From positions 1,536 to 65,535 of the forward strand of contig JAFYXH010000003.1 of NCBI GenBank assembly GCA_017546315.1: 64,000 bases of DNA, written 5' to 3'. Below are positions 47,162 to 56,838 of this stretch, piece after piece. The notes beneath the pieces were generated by a model. It ran no database searches. It was not told where the DNA came from and saw only the letters and a program-made list of their open reading frames with translations. The position numbers and the translations under genes are program-made. The stretch comes from Alphaproteobacteria bacterium. Lineage in GTDB: Bacteria > Pseudomonadota > Alphaproteobacteria > RF32 > CAG-239. Position 1 is the stretch's first letter. Every line of letters begins with the position of its first letter.

Positions 47162-48004
47162 TTAAAAGTCCTTTCCAGTAATAAGTGCATTAGGATACAT
47201 TTGTAAATAATCCGTCAAATTTTTCATAGATTGAGCCGCTGCATTAAAGCTCTCAAGCATCTGAGCAACACTAACAGCGTTATCTTCCATTATCAAATCA
47301 AAAGCTTCAGCCGCATTTCCAACTTCTTGAGCAGCATCTCCAATTTCTTTTACCATTTTGGCGGTATTGTTCTTATTTTCCACCAAAATTTCATCCACCA
47401 CATCAAGTGTTTTATTAAGTTTGTTTAACAAAGGAGGTAAATTCTTGTTAAGAGCCTGAGTAATGTTATGAACATCTTGAGCAATTTTAGCTACCGGCAT
47501 AACTTTCAAAGTCTTAGAAATTTCAGCAAAAGGGGAGCTAACAGTTGGTATTTCATAAATATCACTATCCTCATCATGCACAATAGCAATCGTATCAGGC
47601 ATCATATCAAGTTCCACAAGCAACTGCCCCGTAATCATTGAGTTAATAGACAACTGAGCTCTTAATCCATCATCAATAAGAGTATTAAGTATTTCTTTTC
47701 CGTTTTCCTCACTATTGACTAAAGAACGACCATTATAAATCTTAGCATAAACCGGAATAAGAAAAGTCATATCCTGAAGATTAGCCTCAATTTTAATCTC
47801 AGAAACTTCACCAATCTTAACCCCTTTGAATAAAACAGGAGCTCCAACATCAAGCCCTTTGGTTGATTCATCAAAATACATCACCACTTCAGTTTCATTA
47901 TTATTGAATTGAGATTTGAAAAAATATCCCAATACCAAAATCATCGCCAAAGTACTCAAGCAAACGAATAAACCTATCATTTTAATATTTGGTTGTTTTA
48001 TCAT
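47162..48004 (-). CDS. MCE-domain (MlaD-like) substrate-binding protein
   Basis: It has an N-terminal TM anchor. The MCE core is GLDVGAPVLFKGVKIGEVSEI, followed by a helical C-terminus. Confidence 0.8.
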   Translation of the reverse strand: MIKQPNIKMIGLFVCLSTLAMILVLGYFFKSQFNNNETEVVMYFDESTKGLDVGAPVLFKGVKIGEVSEIKIEANLQDMTFLIPVYAKIYNGRSLVNSEENGKEILNTLIDDGLRAQLSINSMITGQLLVELDMMPDTIAIVHDEDSDIYEIPTVSSPFAEISKTLKVMPVAKIAQDVHNITQALNKNLPPLLNKLNKTLDVVDEILVENKNNTAKMVKEIGDAAQEVGNAAEAFDLIMEDNAVSVAQMLESFNAAAQSMKNLTDYLQMYPNALITGKDF

Positions 48005-48753
48005 TATTCAGTTCCTCTAGTTAAAAAATTACGGATTTCCGCATTTGGTGGGTTTCTAAGTAGTTCTTTAGGTTCACCTCTTGCTGTAATGTTTTTAATC
48101 CTTCTTTCCAAGAAAATAGAATTACTTCCAATTGCAAAGATAGAGCTAAGTTCGTGAGAAACAATCACAAACGTAGTTTTCAATGTTTGGTTTAATTCCA
48201 AAATCAAATCATCAAGTTGTTTAGAGCTAACAGGGTCAAGTCCTGCAGAAGGTTCATCGCAATAAACAATTTTAGGATCTAAAGCCAAGCTCCGAGCCAA
48301 AGCAGCTCTTTTTTTCATTCCTCCAGAAATTTCAGAAGGATAAAAATCATCAAAGCCAGCAAGTCCAACCAGTGATAATTTATATGAAGAAATCTCCTCA
48401 ATTTCTTTTGGAGAATAATTGCTGTAAAGTTCAAGAGGTAGCATAACATTTTCCTTCAAACTCATAGAGGAAAATAATGCACCACTCTGATACATAACTC
48501 CGCAATCTTTCATTATCTCCTTTTTTTTGCTAAAACTTGTGTTTAAAAACTCTTTTCCCTCAATTAAAATATTTCCTTTAATAGGGGTAACAAGTCCAGT
48601 TAAAACCTTAAGTAAGCTACTTTTGCCACATCCACTTGCTCCCATGATGAAAAAAATATCTCTTTCTTTTACCTGAAAATTAAGATTATCAAACAAGACA
48701 AAATCATCATACTGAACTCTTAAGTCTTTAACAGATATTATATTATTCGTCAT
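48004..48753 (-). CDS. MlaF-like ABC transporter ATP-binding protein
   Basis: Walker A is GASGCGKSS, the signature is ISGGMKKRAALARSL, and Walker B is IVYCDEPSAGLD. An ATGA overlap joins it to the upstream permease. Confidence 0.9.
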   Translation of the reverse strand: MTNNIISVKDLRVQYDDFVLFDNLNFQVKERDIFFIMGASGCGKSSLLKVLTGLVTPIKGNILIEGKEFLNTSFSKKKEIMKDCGVMYQSGALFSSMSLKENVMLPLELYSNYSPKEIEEISSYKLSLVGLAGFDDFYPSEISGGMKKRAALARSLALDPKIVYCDEPSAGLDPVSSKQLDDLILELNQTLKTTFVIVSHELSSIFAIGSNSIFLERRIKNITARGEPKELLRNPPNAEIRNFLTRGTE

Positions 48754-49928
48754 AAGTCCATAACCTCCAAAATTACGGTAATAATACCTGTTGCAACAAT
48801 CATCCAAACAAGCGCATAAACAACCGCAGATGTTGTAGCTTTACCAACACTATCCGCATCCCTTTTAACTTCTAACCCCGCATAACATCCACTAATGCCA
48901 ATAATCATTCCGTATACAATACTGTGGAATAAACCAATCAAAATATTGTTTAAACTAAGCACGTTAGAAGCGTAAATAAAATAATTACTTGAAGATATTC
49001 CCAAAAACACAACCCCAACAATACTTCCGCCCAAAATTCCCAAAAAATCAGCTAACAAAGTCAAACTAGGTATCGTCATCACAATAGCAATAATCCTTGG
49101 AGCAACTAAATATTGAGAGATTTTAATTCCTAAAGTTTTTAAGGCATCCACTTCCTCGTTAACCACCATAGTTCCAAGTGTCGCCGCAAATGATGAGCCG
49201 GTTCTACCTGCCATTACGATTCCCACCATAATAGCCCCCATAATCCTAGTCATCCCAATACTTACCATACTTGCAACATAAATCCCAGCACCAAAGCTCT
49301 TAAGTTGAATTGCCCCAACAAAAGCGATAATAAGCCCCACCAAAAAGCTAACAAGAGATATAATACCAACCGCTTTATAGCTACAATCTTCAAGAATAAA
49401 GGCAAAATCTTTCTTTCTATAAACTGCAGTTCCACCCAAGAAGTCAAGCACCGCCTTGAAAGCCTCAAAAGTAAAATCCATACATTTAGTTATTTTCTTG
49501 TAAGCTCTATAACTAAACTCTCCAATTGCTTCTAATAAAGAAAGGTTGTTTTTTTTAGTTTGAGGGGCTTCATTTCCCGTTTTCTTAAAAGATAATTCTA
49601 ATATCTCTTTTATCTCTAAGGGCAATAAGCTAATACTAACCTTAAACCCTTTTTTATCGAGATTTTTTACAATAGCATAAATCTTTGCTCCAATAAGGGA
49701 TGAATAAGAAATCCCCTCATTGACCATAACAAAAATCTCACCACTTTTATCTCTAAGCCATTTTTCAAATATAATTCTATTTTTTTCGCTATAAAGTTCT
49801 TCTTTTATCTCATCAAAATCTTTACCGTCACTATCTAAAAGACTTTTTTCTTCTTGTTTGAGATTTTTTTCATCCTCAATAAAGATAAGCTCTCGTTTAT
49901 TATTTATGTCTTTTAAGGTTATAGTCAT
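48750..49928 (-). CDS. MlaE-like ABC permease with a ~125-aa N-terminal cytoplasmic extension
   Basis: The C-terminal ~260 aa is MlaE-like (5-6 TM). The N-terminal soluble region may be STAS-like. Confidence 0.8.
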   Translation of the reverse strand: MTITLKDINNKRELIFIEDEKNLKQEEKSLLDSDGKDFDEIKEELYSEKNRIIFEKWLRDKSGEIFVMVNEGISYSSLIGAKIYAIVKNLDKKGFKVSISLLPLEIKEILELSFKKTGNEAPQTKKNNLSLLEAIGEFSYRAYKKITKCMDFTFEAFKAVLDFLGGTAVYRKKDFAFILEDCSYKAVGIISLVSFLVGLIIAFVGAIQLKSFGAGIYVASMVSIGMTRIMGAIMVGIVMAGRTGSSFAATLGTMVVNEEVDALKTLGIKISQYLVAPRIIAIVMTIPSLTLLADFLGILGGSIVGVVFLGISSSNYFIYASNVLSLNNILIGLFHSIVYGMIIGISGCYAGLEVKRDADSVGKATTSAVVYALVWMIVATGIITVILEVMDL

Positions 49929-50096
49929 TGTTTTCTTCTTTATTATTGTTTTTACGCCTTGTATTATTATCTATAAGTTATCTCAAATTCTACATTCAAA
50001 CCTTTTTATCTTTTATTTATCAATCATTCTTTTTAATTTTAATCTTTCGAAATAAAACCCCAAAAAAATCTTCACCTCATCCCCTAAAAAGAATGC

Positions 50097-50945
50097 CTAA
50101 TACACTCCAGCAGTTTGCTTACAAACCTCAATAGCAGAGAGATTTGCTTCTTCATGAGCATCTCTAAGTGTTTTACCATTTAGTATAGAGCTTAAAAATG
50201 TTCCCGCAAAAGCATTTCCCGCCCCAAAAGCAAATGTTTGGTGTAGCCTAGAGTTTTTAATTGCACTATATTCGCCATTAGGTCCCCAAATTTTACTTTC
50301 TTTAGCAGTATCACCCAAAATCAAATATAATAACTCAAAATCTTCCTTAATCTTAAGGCAAATATCTTCATTACTACCTTTATAGCCCAACATATTTTTC
50401 AAAACCTTAAGCTCTTCAGAATTGAGTCTTAAAATATTTGCTCTTTCTAGCAATTTCAAGATAATATCTTTAGAGTAATAAGTTTGTCTTAAATTGATGT
50501 CAAAAAATTTGTAAACAGCCTTTGTTGCTTCATCAATCAAATCCAAAATAGTGGACATAGAATAAGAACGTCTCAACGCTAAAGTTCCAAAATATATTGC
50601 ATCAGCTTTTTTTACACATTCTTCAGCCGCATTTGTATATGGAATATAGTCCCAAGCCGCATTTTCAAGAATATGCGCTACACAACTATCACCATTTTTA
50701 AAAATAAGAACTCTTCCCGTAGGGTATGGAGTAACAGCAAGCACCGGATTTATATTAAATTTATTAAGTTCACTAACAACTTCACGTCCCAAGTCATCAG
50801 CCCCAATAGCGCTAATAAGAGAAACATCAGCTCCGTGTTTTTCAGCATAGCACAAAAAATCAGAAGGAGCACCTCCAAGCTTTCTACTATCGGGTAAAAT
50901 ATCATATAAAACTTCCCCAATTCCTGCAATATGTGGCTTTTTCAT
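50097..50945 (-). CDS. PfkB-family sugar kinase (fructokinase-like) with an atypical active-site motif
   Basis: GIGEVLYDIL...LGGAPSDF at the N-terminus. The C-terminal anion-hole motif reads AFGAGNAFAG instead of DTxGAGD. Confidence 0.7.
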   Translation of the reverse strand: MKKPHIAGIGEVLYDILPDSRKLGGAPSDFLCYAEKHGADVSLISAIGADDLGREVVSELNKFNINPVLAVTPYPTGRVLIFKNGDSCVAHILENAAWDYIPYTNAAEECVKKADAIYFGTLALRRSYSMSTILDLIDEATKAVYKFFDINLRQTYYSKDIILKLLERANILRLNSEELKVLKNMLGYKGSNEDICLKIKEDFELLYLILGDTAKESKIWGPNGEYSAIKNSRLHQTFAFGAGNAFAGTFLSSILNGKTLRDAHEEANLSAIEVCKQTAGVY

Positions 50946-51026
50946 AACTGCAAACTTATCCAAATGTAAAAAAAGGTTAATAAAATATTAACCTTAACTT
51001 ATACTCCTTTTTTTCATAAGTCAACA

Positions 51027-52529
51027 TTATAAATATTTATTTAACCTCAAGTTTAGACTGTCATCAAGATATTTTTTGGCGCTTTCATAAGATATTTTAC
51101 AAATTTTAAAGTCAGGTCCTTGTCGATATTGTGAAGGATATTTATTACACTCTTCAGAAACCTTGTTATAATAAGATATAATAAAGTTAGACACCATTGG
51201 TTCTTGTTTATAAACATCAATATTTTTAAGAAGTGTTGGTTTTCTTAATATTTCACCATGTTCACCAACCGCTAAAGCACATTTATATTCAGGTAAAAAG
51301 TACTCACAGAATAAATTCGCATTGTCGAAAGCAAGCAAAGTTACATCCTTTGGAATAAAATTCCTAATATCATTAACTGCATTTTGATAATGATGGTCGA
51401 AAGATACTGCTTTAATATCTTTATATGTAAATATCCCCCCCACTAGCAATATTGTAAAAAGTGCTTTTTTTAACATTTCTGTATTAGCAATAACAAGTGC
51501 ACCACATACATACCAAATAAGAGAAAAAGTATTAACATATCTAGATGTAATCATAGGTCTTACCCAATATGATAGTAAATAAAGCAACAAATAGCTCAAA
51601 GCAAAACTAAGAACCGCCACCAAAAATAATCTCTTAATCTTTGAAGAGTATTTTTCAAAATTAAAACATCCCAAAACAACCACCAAAGAAAATGATGATG
51701 CAGAAAATACCGTCGCAATAAAATAAACAGATTGCCAAATCTCAGGTTGTAAAGGGTCGATAAAAAATCTGAAACTAAATTTCACAAACTCTTTATTAAC
51801 ATACCAATATTGGCTAATATCTTTTGCCGTAGTAAGTGGAATATAAAGCCAAGGGCTAAACAAAATAGCAACACCCAAACTTAAGCCCAAAAACTTTTTA
51901 CCTAATTTTGCAAAGTTATTATCTCTTATGATGATAGCCAATAAAAGTGCATATAAAAACATCAACCAAATAGCCACATAATAGTGGGAATAAAGTCCTA
52001 ATAAAGAAGCGATAAAAAACTTAACATAATCTTTAGAAGAAGGGTTTCTAGTTAATCTCATTCCCCAAATAAGGGCGCAATAAATAAGAAGAGAAGACAG
52101 CATATAAGTTCTAGCTTCAAAAGCAAGCCAAAAGGAAACAGGGTGAAGGGCAAGTACCCAAAGCATCCAAAATGAAACTTTGTCCCCATAGTCTTTTCTA
52201 ACTTCAATAATTGTAAAAATCTGAGCTACAATCAACAAAATATACGATGCAAAATGTGCTCCAAAAATTTCATATTTGCTAGGAAATAGGGCAATAACCC
52301 CTTTAAGATAAAGGTAATAAAGCGGTGGTTTAGAGTCTTCTGTTGTTAGCAAAACCCACATATCAGCAAAGCTATCTTTAGCCATCAATACAGAATAAAT
52401 TTCATCTGACCAAAGGTTAATATTGTTGATTAACACTCCATAGAACAAAGCCGTTAAAACAACAATACTCCAAGCCTTAACCGGAAAATTATAAAAAATG
52501 AAATTCCCCAAACTTCTCAATTTTTTCAT
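51027..52529 (-). CDS. GT-C glycosyltransferase (ArnT/PMT_2-like) polytopic membrane protein
   Basis: The first loop motif is LWSDEIYSVLMAK...DSKPPLYYLYL. More than 10 TM segments are present. Confidence 0.6.
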   Translation of the reverse strand: MKKLRSLGNFIFYNFPVKAWSIVVLTALFYGVLINNINLWSDEIYSVLMAKDSFADMWVLLTTEDSKPPLYYLYLKGVIALFPSKYEIFGAHFASYILLIVAQIFTIIEVRKDYGDKVSFWMLWVLALHPVSFWLAFEARTYMLSSLLIYCALIWGMRLTRNPSSKDYVKFFIASLLGLYSHYYVAIWLMFLYALLLAIIIRDNNFAKLGKKFLGLSLGVAILFSPWLYIPLTTAKDISQYWYVNKEFVKFSFRFFIDPLQPEIWQSVYFIATVFSASSFSLVVVLGCFNFEKYSSKIKRLFLVAVLSFALSYLLLYLLSYWVRPMITSRYVNTFSLIWYVCGALVIANTEMLKKALFTILLVGGIFTYKDIKAVSFDHHYQNAVNDIRNFIPKDVTLLAFDNANLFCEYFLPEYKCALAVGEHGEILRKPTLLKNIDVYKQEPMVSNFIISYYNKVSEECNKYPSQYRQGPDFKICKISYESAKKYLDDSLNLRLNKYL

Positions 52530-52703
52530 AAACCCATACCTCCCAAAATCAAGCAAAGAATAACCAAGGAAGTTTAAAAAGTCAAGTAGTTGGAGCTCAT
52601 CTAATTTAATAACTATTCAAAATTATTTTTAAGAGTTAAATAAATATTTTTTTTATTATATTATATATTTTTTCTTTTGCTTCTTTTCTTTTTTAATCGT
52701 TTA

Positions 52704-52736
52704 CGTTCGGTAATGCGTTCGGTAATGCGTTCGGTA
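52704..52736. repeat. 12-bp tandem repeat, 2.75 copies
   Basis: CGTTCGGTAATG CGTTCGGTAATG CGTTCGGTA in an otherwise pure-AT intergenic region. Confidence 0.9.
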
Positions 52737-52876
52737 TATTTTATATTTAATCCTTAAAATCAATATGATAATATCTTAAAGTTCTCAAGCTATTTAACCT
52801 TATCAATCAAGATAAGTTAAACAAATTTAGACATATCAAAAAAACAAAACCCCACAAACAATGCGAGGTTTTATCT

Positions 52877-53086
52877 TTACTTATTGATAGATTTTACCAA
52901 TATCTTATCACTTTGTTTTTCTTCATAACAGATAACATCACCAACTTTTACCTCAAAGGCAAGTTTGAAGTCATTTCCATCAAATACAGAGCAAGACAAG
53001 GTTTTCCCGTTTTCAAGCCAAATAAAAACTTCTCTATCGTTGTCAATCTTTACAACTCTAACAACTTTCGTTCTAATCATATACAT
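52877..53086 (-). CDS. Small protein (69 aa) consisting only of the conserved C-terminal module of the neighbouring family
   Basis: FIWLENGKTLSC...VKVGDVICY matches the LENG...GD.VIY module. It has no signal peptide. Confidence 0.4.
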   Translation of the reverse strand: MYMIRTKVVRVVKIDNDREVFIWLENGKTLSCSVFDGNDFKLAFEVKVGDVICYEEKQSDKILVKSINK

Positions 53087-53132
53087 TTTTTTGTTTTTAA
53101 TGAATAATCAAAATGTTAAAGCATAACAACTT

Positions 53133-53516
53133 TTATTCTTTCCAACCAATATCTAAAATCTTTAGTTGATTATAAATAACGGTATCGCCTTTTTCTAACA
53201 AAAGAGCCGAAAGTTCATCGCTTTTATTCAATGCAAATGTTAAAGACTTACCATTTTCAAGCTTCATAACCACATAAGTAGTATTAGATAAATCGCCATT
53301 ATCGTATTTATAACTGTCGCGCTGAACGCCACCATGCTTGTGAATCTCCACAACTACAGAACGTTCAGACGTATAATAGCTCTCATCAAGTACTTCATTA
53401 TCTAAATTACTTTCCGCCCCACCACAACATTGGGTAAAAAGCAAAATGCCAAAAATAGCAAACAATACAATCATTAAAAAGCTAACAACTGTAGCTAAAC
53501 GAGCATCATTTCTCAT
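53133..53516 (-). CDS. Small exported protein, tandem family member 1
   Basis: TM/signal segment ending FTQCCGG. C-terminal module TTYVVMKLENGKSLTF...LLLEKGDTVIYNQLKILDIGWKE. Confidence 0.5.
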   Translation of the reverse strand: MRNDARLATVVSFLMIVLFAIFGILLFTQCCGGAESNLDNEVLDESYYTSERSVVVEIHKHGGVQRDSYKYDNGDLSNTTYVVMKLENGKSLTFALNKSDELSALLLEKGDTVIYNQLKILDIGWKE

Positions 53517-53575
53517 AATACATTTTTTTAAGTTTATATAAAAAAAATAATCAAAGCGTTAAGCTATATCAACTT

Positions 53576-54061
53576 TTATTTTTTCCAATAAATGTCCAAA
53601 ATTTCATGTTGATTATAAACAATTGTATCGCCTTTTTCTAACAATAGACAGTTAAACTTATGAGTGCATTTATTACAAGGGAAAAAAGTAAATATATCAC
53701 CATTTTCAAGCAGCATAACCACATAAGTAGTATTAGTAGGAGAATATCCGTCATAACCATAATAACGTGCCGAGCTATGAAAAAGCTTACCGGAATGTTT
53801 GAAAATACGCTTAATCACAGATTTTCTTCTTATGTCATTACCTACATCTTGTCCGTCTCTAGAGTAAGAACCATCATATCCATCATTATTGTGAGGTCTA
53901 ATGCTAGAAAGATGACCGGAACTGTGATATATACTACTTGAATTACTACTAATCCTATGGTGAACTTTTGCATTCAAAACACCATTTGAAGAACCATCAC
54001 CGCATTGGCTTAACAAAAACACAGCAAAAATACCAATAAAAATCAAATAAAATCTTTTCAT
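53576..54061 (-). CDS. Small exported protein (possible lipoprotein), tandem family member 2
   Basis: Signal MKRFYLIFIGIFAVFLLSQCGDGSS, a Ser/His/Gly/Asp-rich linker, then the module TTYVVMLLENGDIFTF...LLLEKGDTIVYNQHEILDIYWKK. Confidence 0.55.
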   Translation of the reverse strand: MKRFYLIFIGIFAVFLLSQCGDGSSNGVLNAKVHHRISSNSSSIYHSSGHLSSIRPHNNDGYDGSYSRDGQDVGNDIRRKSVIKRIFKHSGKLFHSSARYYGYDGYSPTNTTYVVMLLENGDIFTFFPCNKCTHKFNCLLLEKGDTIVYNQHEILDIYWKK

Positions 54062-54209
54062 AGTTAAAATAATTTAAATTAAACATCATAATATTTTTTA
54101 AGACTAAAACATATAGCCTAAAAAATATTTTTGTCAACATTGTTTTTGAAGTTTGATTTTTATTACAAAAAAGCCCCCTGCAACAAAAAGTTGCAAGGGG
54201 GATAGGTAA

Positions 54210-54629
54210 TTAATCTTTTTTCCAAATAATGTCAAGAACCTCATTTCCCTTGTATATAACCGTATCACCAACATTCAAAAAGTGTGCATATTCTACTTCA
54301 TTATAAAAAAAATTATGAACTGTGCGCAAAATGATTTTATCTCCATTTTCAAACAATAGCGCCTTGGTATCCAAATCATTGTTAACAGTAGCAACTCTTA
54401 ACACCACAGATTTCTTTTGCACTTTCTTTGGCGCTTGAAGAGATTGAGTCGGGTTAGAAGAATTACGGTTAGAACGTTTAGCTCTAACGGTCGCATGATA
54501 TCCAGAATTAGTAGGTACTCCGCCTATACGAAATTGAGCATTCAAAACACAGCTTGAAGAACCATCACCGCATTGGCTTAACAAAAATACAGAAAAAATT
54601 CCAAACAAAACTAAATACAATCTTTTCAT
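54210..54629 (-). CDS. Small exported protein (possible lipoprotein), tandem family member 3
   Basis: Signal MKRLYLVLFGIFSVFLLSQCGDGSS, then the module LLFENGDKIIL...LNVGDTVIYKGNEVLDIIWKKD. The start was set at ATG 54629. Confidence 0.55.
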   Translation of the reverse strand: MKRLYLVLFGIFSVFLLSQCGDGSSSCVLNAQFRIGGVPTNSGYHATVRAKRSNRNSSNPTQSLQAPKKVQKKSVVLRVATVNNDLDTKALLFENGDKIILRTVHNFFYNEVEYAHFLNVGDTVIYKGNEVLDIIWKKD

Positions 54630-54714
54630 AAAAAAATAATTTAAATTAAACATCATAATACATTAATTGGACTATATCCTATTAAAAAAATATTTTTTGT
54701 CAATATTTATTTGC

Positions 54715-54744
54715 AAAAAAAGTCCAAACTTAGAAATCTGGACT
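54715..54744 (-). terminator. Terminator downstream of tRNA-Ala
   Basis: AGTCCA-N12-TGGACT with an A6 run on the + strand. Confidence 0.5.
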
Positions 54745-54750
54745 TTTAAC

Positions 54751-54826
<76 letters not shown>

Positions 54827-54860
54827 AATAAGAAGAGCATAAAACACAAATCATAATAAA

Positions 54861-56414
54861 TTAAGCTTTTTTTAATGCCTCCAACGCCTTCTTATATTTA
54901 TCTTCAAATTTTCTAAAGCTTTTCATCACAAAGGAGCTGGGGATTATTTTAGCTTTTTTACCTGCATATTTATACAAAACCTCCACAAGCATAACCATAG
55001 CCAATGTATCTTGCTTGCAATATTTCAACAATGCGCTAAACATCTTTTCTTCTTCCTCAATGGTCTTTTTACCTTCCAAAAATAAGAGATATTCATCCAT
55101 AGCCTCACCGCCATTTGCAATTTCCATATCGTTATAAGATAAATCACAAAACGCCGGCAATACATATTTAATAGAAGAAGAACCGTTTTGTTTATAGCTA
55201 TATAACGCTTTTTGCTTAAAAGGCTCAAACAAATCAACCATTCTTTCGTTTATCTTATGTAAATCTTGGCTTAAATCAGAAAATAAATCGGCAAGTTGTA
55301 GGTTTATCGTTTTTTCAAATGCTTTATTATAAACAACAACACTTCCACTATCGCCTAAATTTTCAACCAAAAATTCCGCCAACTTTCGTCTTGGGTCAGT
55401 CTTTTCCTTATGCAAAAACTCAATATGCTTAACCTCGCCATTTGGTTTTTCTTGAATATGGAGCGAAAATTGGAAAGGAACTTTAGAATAGGGTGATGAC
55501 AAGTCAAAAATAGGAACCGCCGATTGCACAGTTTCATAATCCAAATAATACAAAGGATAACAAAGCTCATCAAGCCACTCATTTATTTTTTTGTCATCAA
55601 CATATATAGATTTATTAAGATAAGCATCTCTTTCAATCAACTGATTATCAGTCGTTAAGTCTTCAACTTTAACATCTTCCACCAAAAAGCTATTATTTTT
55701 TAAATAAATTTTATCTGCTTTTTGCGCCCTAAATAAATCAAAAATAGAATATGAAGGCAACTCTTTAAGGCAATAATTACAAAACGGACACTTAAAACAC
55801 TTTGCCCCGATATTTTCTGCAATTTCATCTTTTTGTGCCTGAAGTTTTAACACTTCTGCAATGCGCTCATTTATATTTGCCCCTTTTTCTGCCACAAGTT
55901 CTGTTACATCTTCAATCTTAAACATTTGCATGATATCAAGCTCGCCCATTCTGACATAACTGCTATCAATATGGCACACCTTGCATTTTTTTATTTCATA
56001 ACCGGCATTCTCAAACACATATTTTTGGAAACTTAAATCATCAATATAATAGTCCTTAACACTTGTTGCCGACTTAATTTCAATCAAATCCCAAGCATTG
56101 CCGTTTCGCTCTAATACGTCAATTCTGCAAAAACAACCGTTATCAAGCTTAGCTGTTGCTTCATAAAGAATATTATGAGTTTTGCTAAGTTCTTTAGTAA
56201 GCAAAGCACCTTTATCCACTTTAAAGTGTTCTGCTTCCACCATAACTCCGCCACCAAACAAACCGTATGCCAAATTATGGATATTTTCACCCAATTCAAA
56301 GTTAGCCAATGTTCTTTGGTCATACTCTTGCTCTAAATCTTTGCGATTTTTCTTAAGCCAAAGAGCCTTAATGCAGTCAAGCCCCATAATGTAGTCAGAT
56401 TTAGATAACCTCAT
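54861..56414 (-). CDS. DUF2779-type protein (N-terminal PD-(D/E)XK Cas4-like nuclease with a Cys cluster plus a C-terminal domain)
   Basis: The N-terminus MRLSKSDYIMGLDCIKALWLKK matches the family hallmark LSKS..GxxCxKxLWL. The Cys cluster is CFKCPFCNYC. Confidence 0.7.
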   Translation of the reverse strand: MRLSKSDYIMGLDCIKALWLKKNRKDLEQEYDQRTLANFELGENIHNLAYGLFGGGVMVEAEHFKVDKGALLTKELSKTHNILYEATAKLDNGCFCRIDVLERNGNAWDLIEIKSATSVKDYYIDDLSFQKYVFENAGYEIKKCKVCHIDSSYVRMGELDIMQMFKIEDVTELVAEKGANINERIAEVLKLQAQKDEIAENIGAKCFKCPFCNYCLKELPSYSIFDLFRAQKADKIYLKNNSFLVEDVKVEDLTTDNQLIERDAYLNKSIYVDDKKINEWLDELCYPLYYLDYETVQSAVPIFDLSSPYSKVPFQFSLHIQEKPNGEVKHIEFLHKEKTDPRRKLAEFLVENLGDSGSVVVYNKAFEKTINLQLADLFSDLSQDLHKINERMVDLFEPFKQKALYSYKQNGSSSIKYVLPAFCDLSYNDMEIANGGEAMDEYLLFLEGKKTIEEEEKMFSALLKYCKQDTLAMVMLVEVLYKYAGKKAKIIPSSFVMKSFRKFEDKYKKALEALKKA

Positions 56415-56653
56415 AGTTCAATTCCTTTTTTACTAAAATTATCCATATTTTGCGTAATTTTTTCGTTAATATTCCTCACTTCTACCACAATTTGCCCCAA
56501 AAGTCAATCAACCGTAAAATAAAGTATGTCAATTTCTGACACGCTACTTTTTATCCCTCTTGCAAAATAAACCAAATAGGTTATAAATCTCATTAGAGGT
56601 TATTTACACCAACTTGTTAGCCTCATAAAATAATTAACTAAAAAGGATGCAAA

Positions 56654-56821
56654 ATGATTATAATAACATACACCAATAGTAATAAAGCATATAATGATAT
56701 GCTTACTAATCTTAAAATTATCTCTCAAAAACTATTAGCTTTGCATGATTGTTTACCAATTACTTGGAAAAAACACCCAAGGATACGTGATGATAAAATA
56801 AATACAATCAATCACTTATAA
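56654..56821 (+). CDS. Possible small ORF (55 aa), below the track cutoff
   Basis: RBS-like AAAAGGA lies 6 nt upstream. It ends 17 nt before the next ORF. Confidence 0.2.
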   Translation: MIIITYTNSNKAYNDMLTNLKIISQKLLALHDCLPITWKKHPRIRDDKINTINHL

Positions 56822-56838
56822 ACACAAAGGAAACAAAA

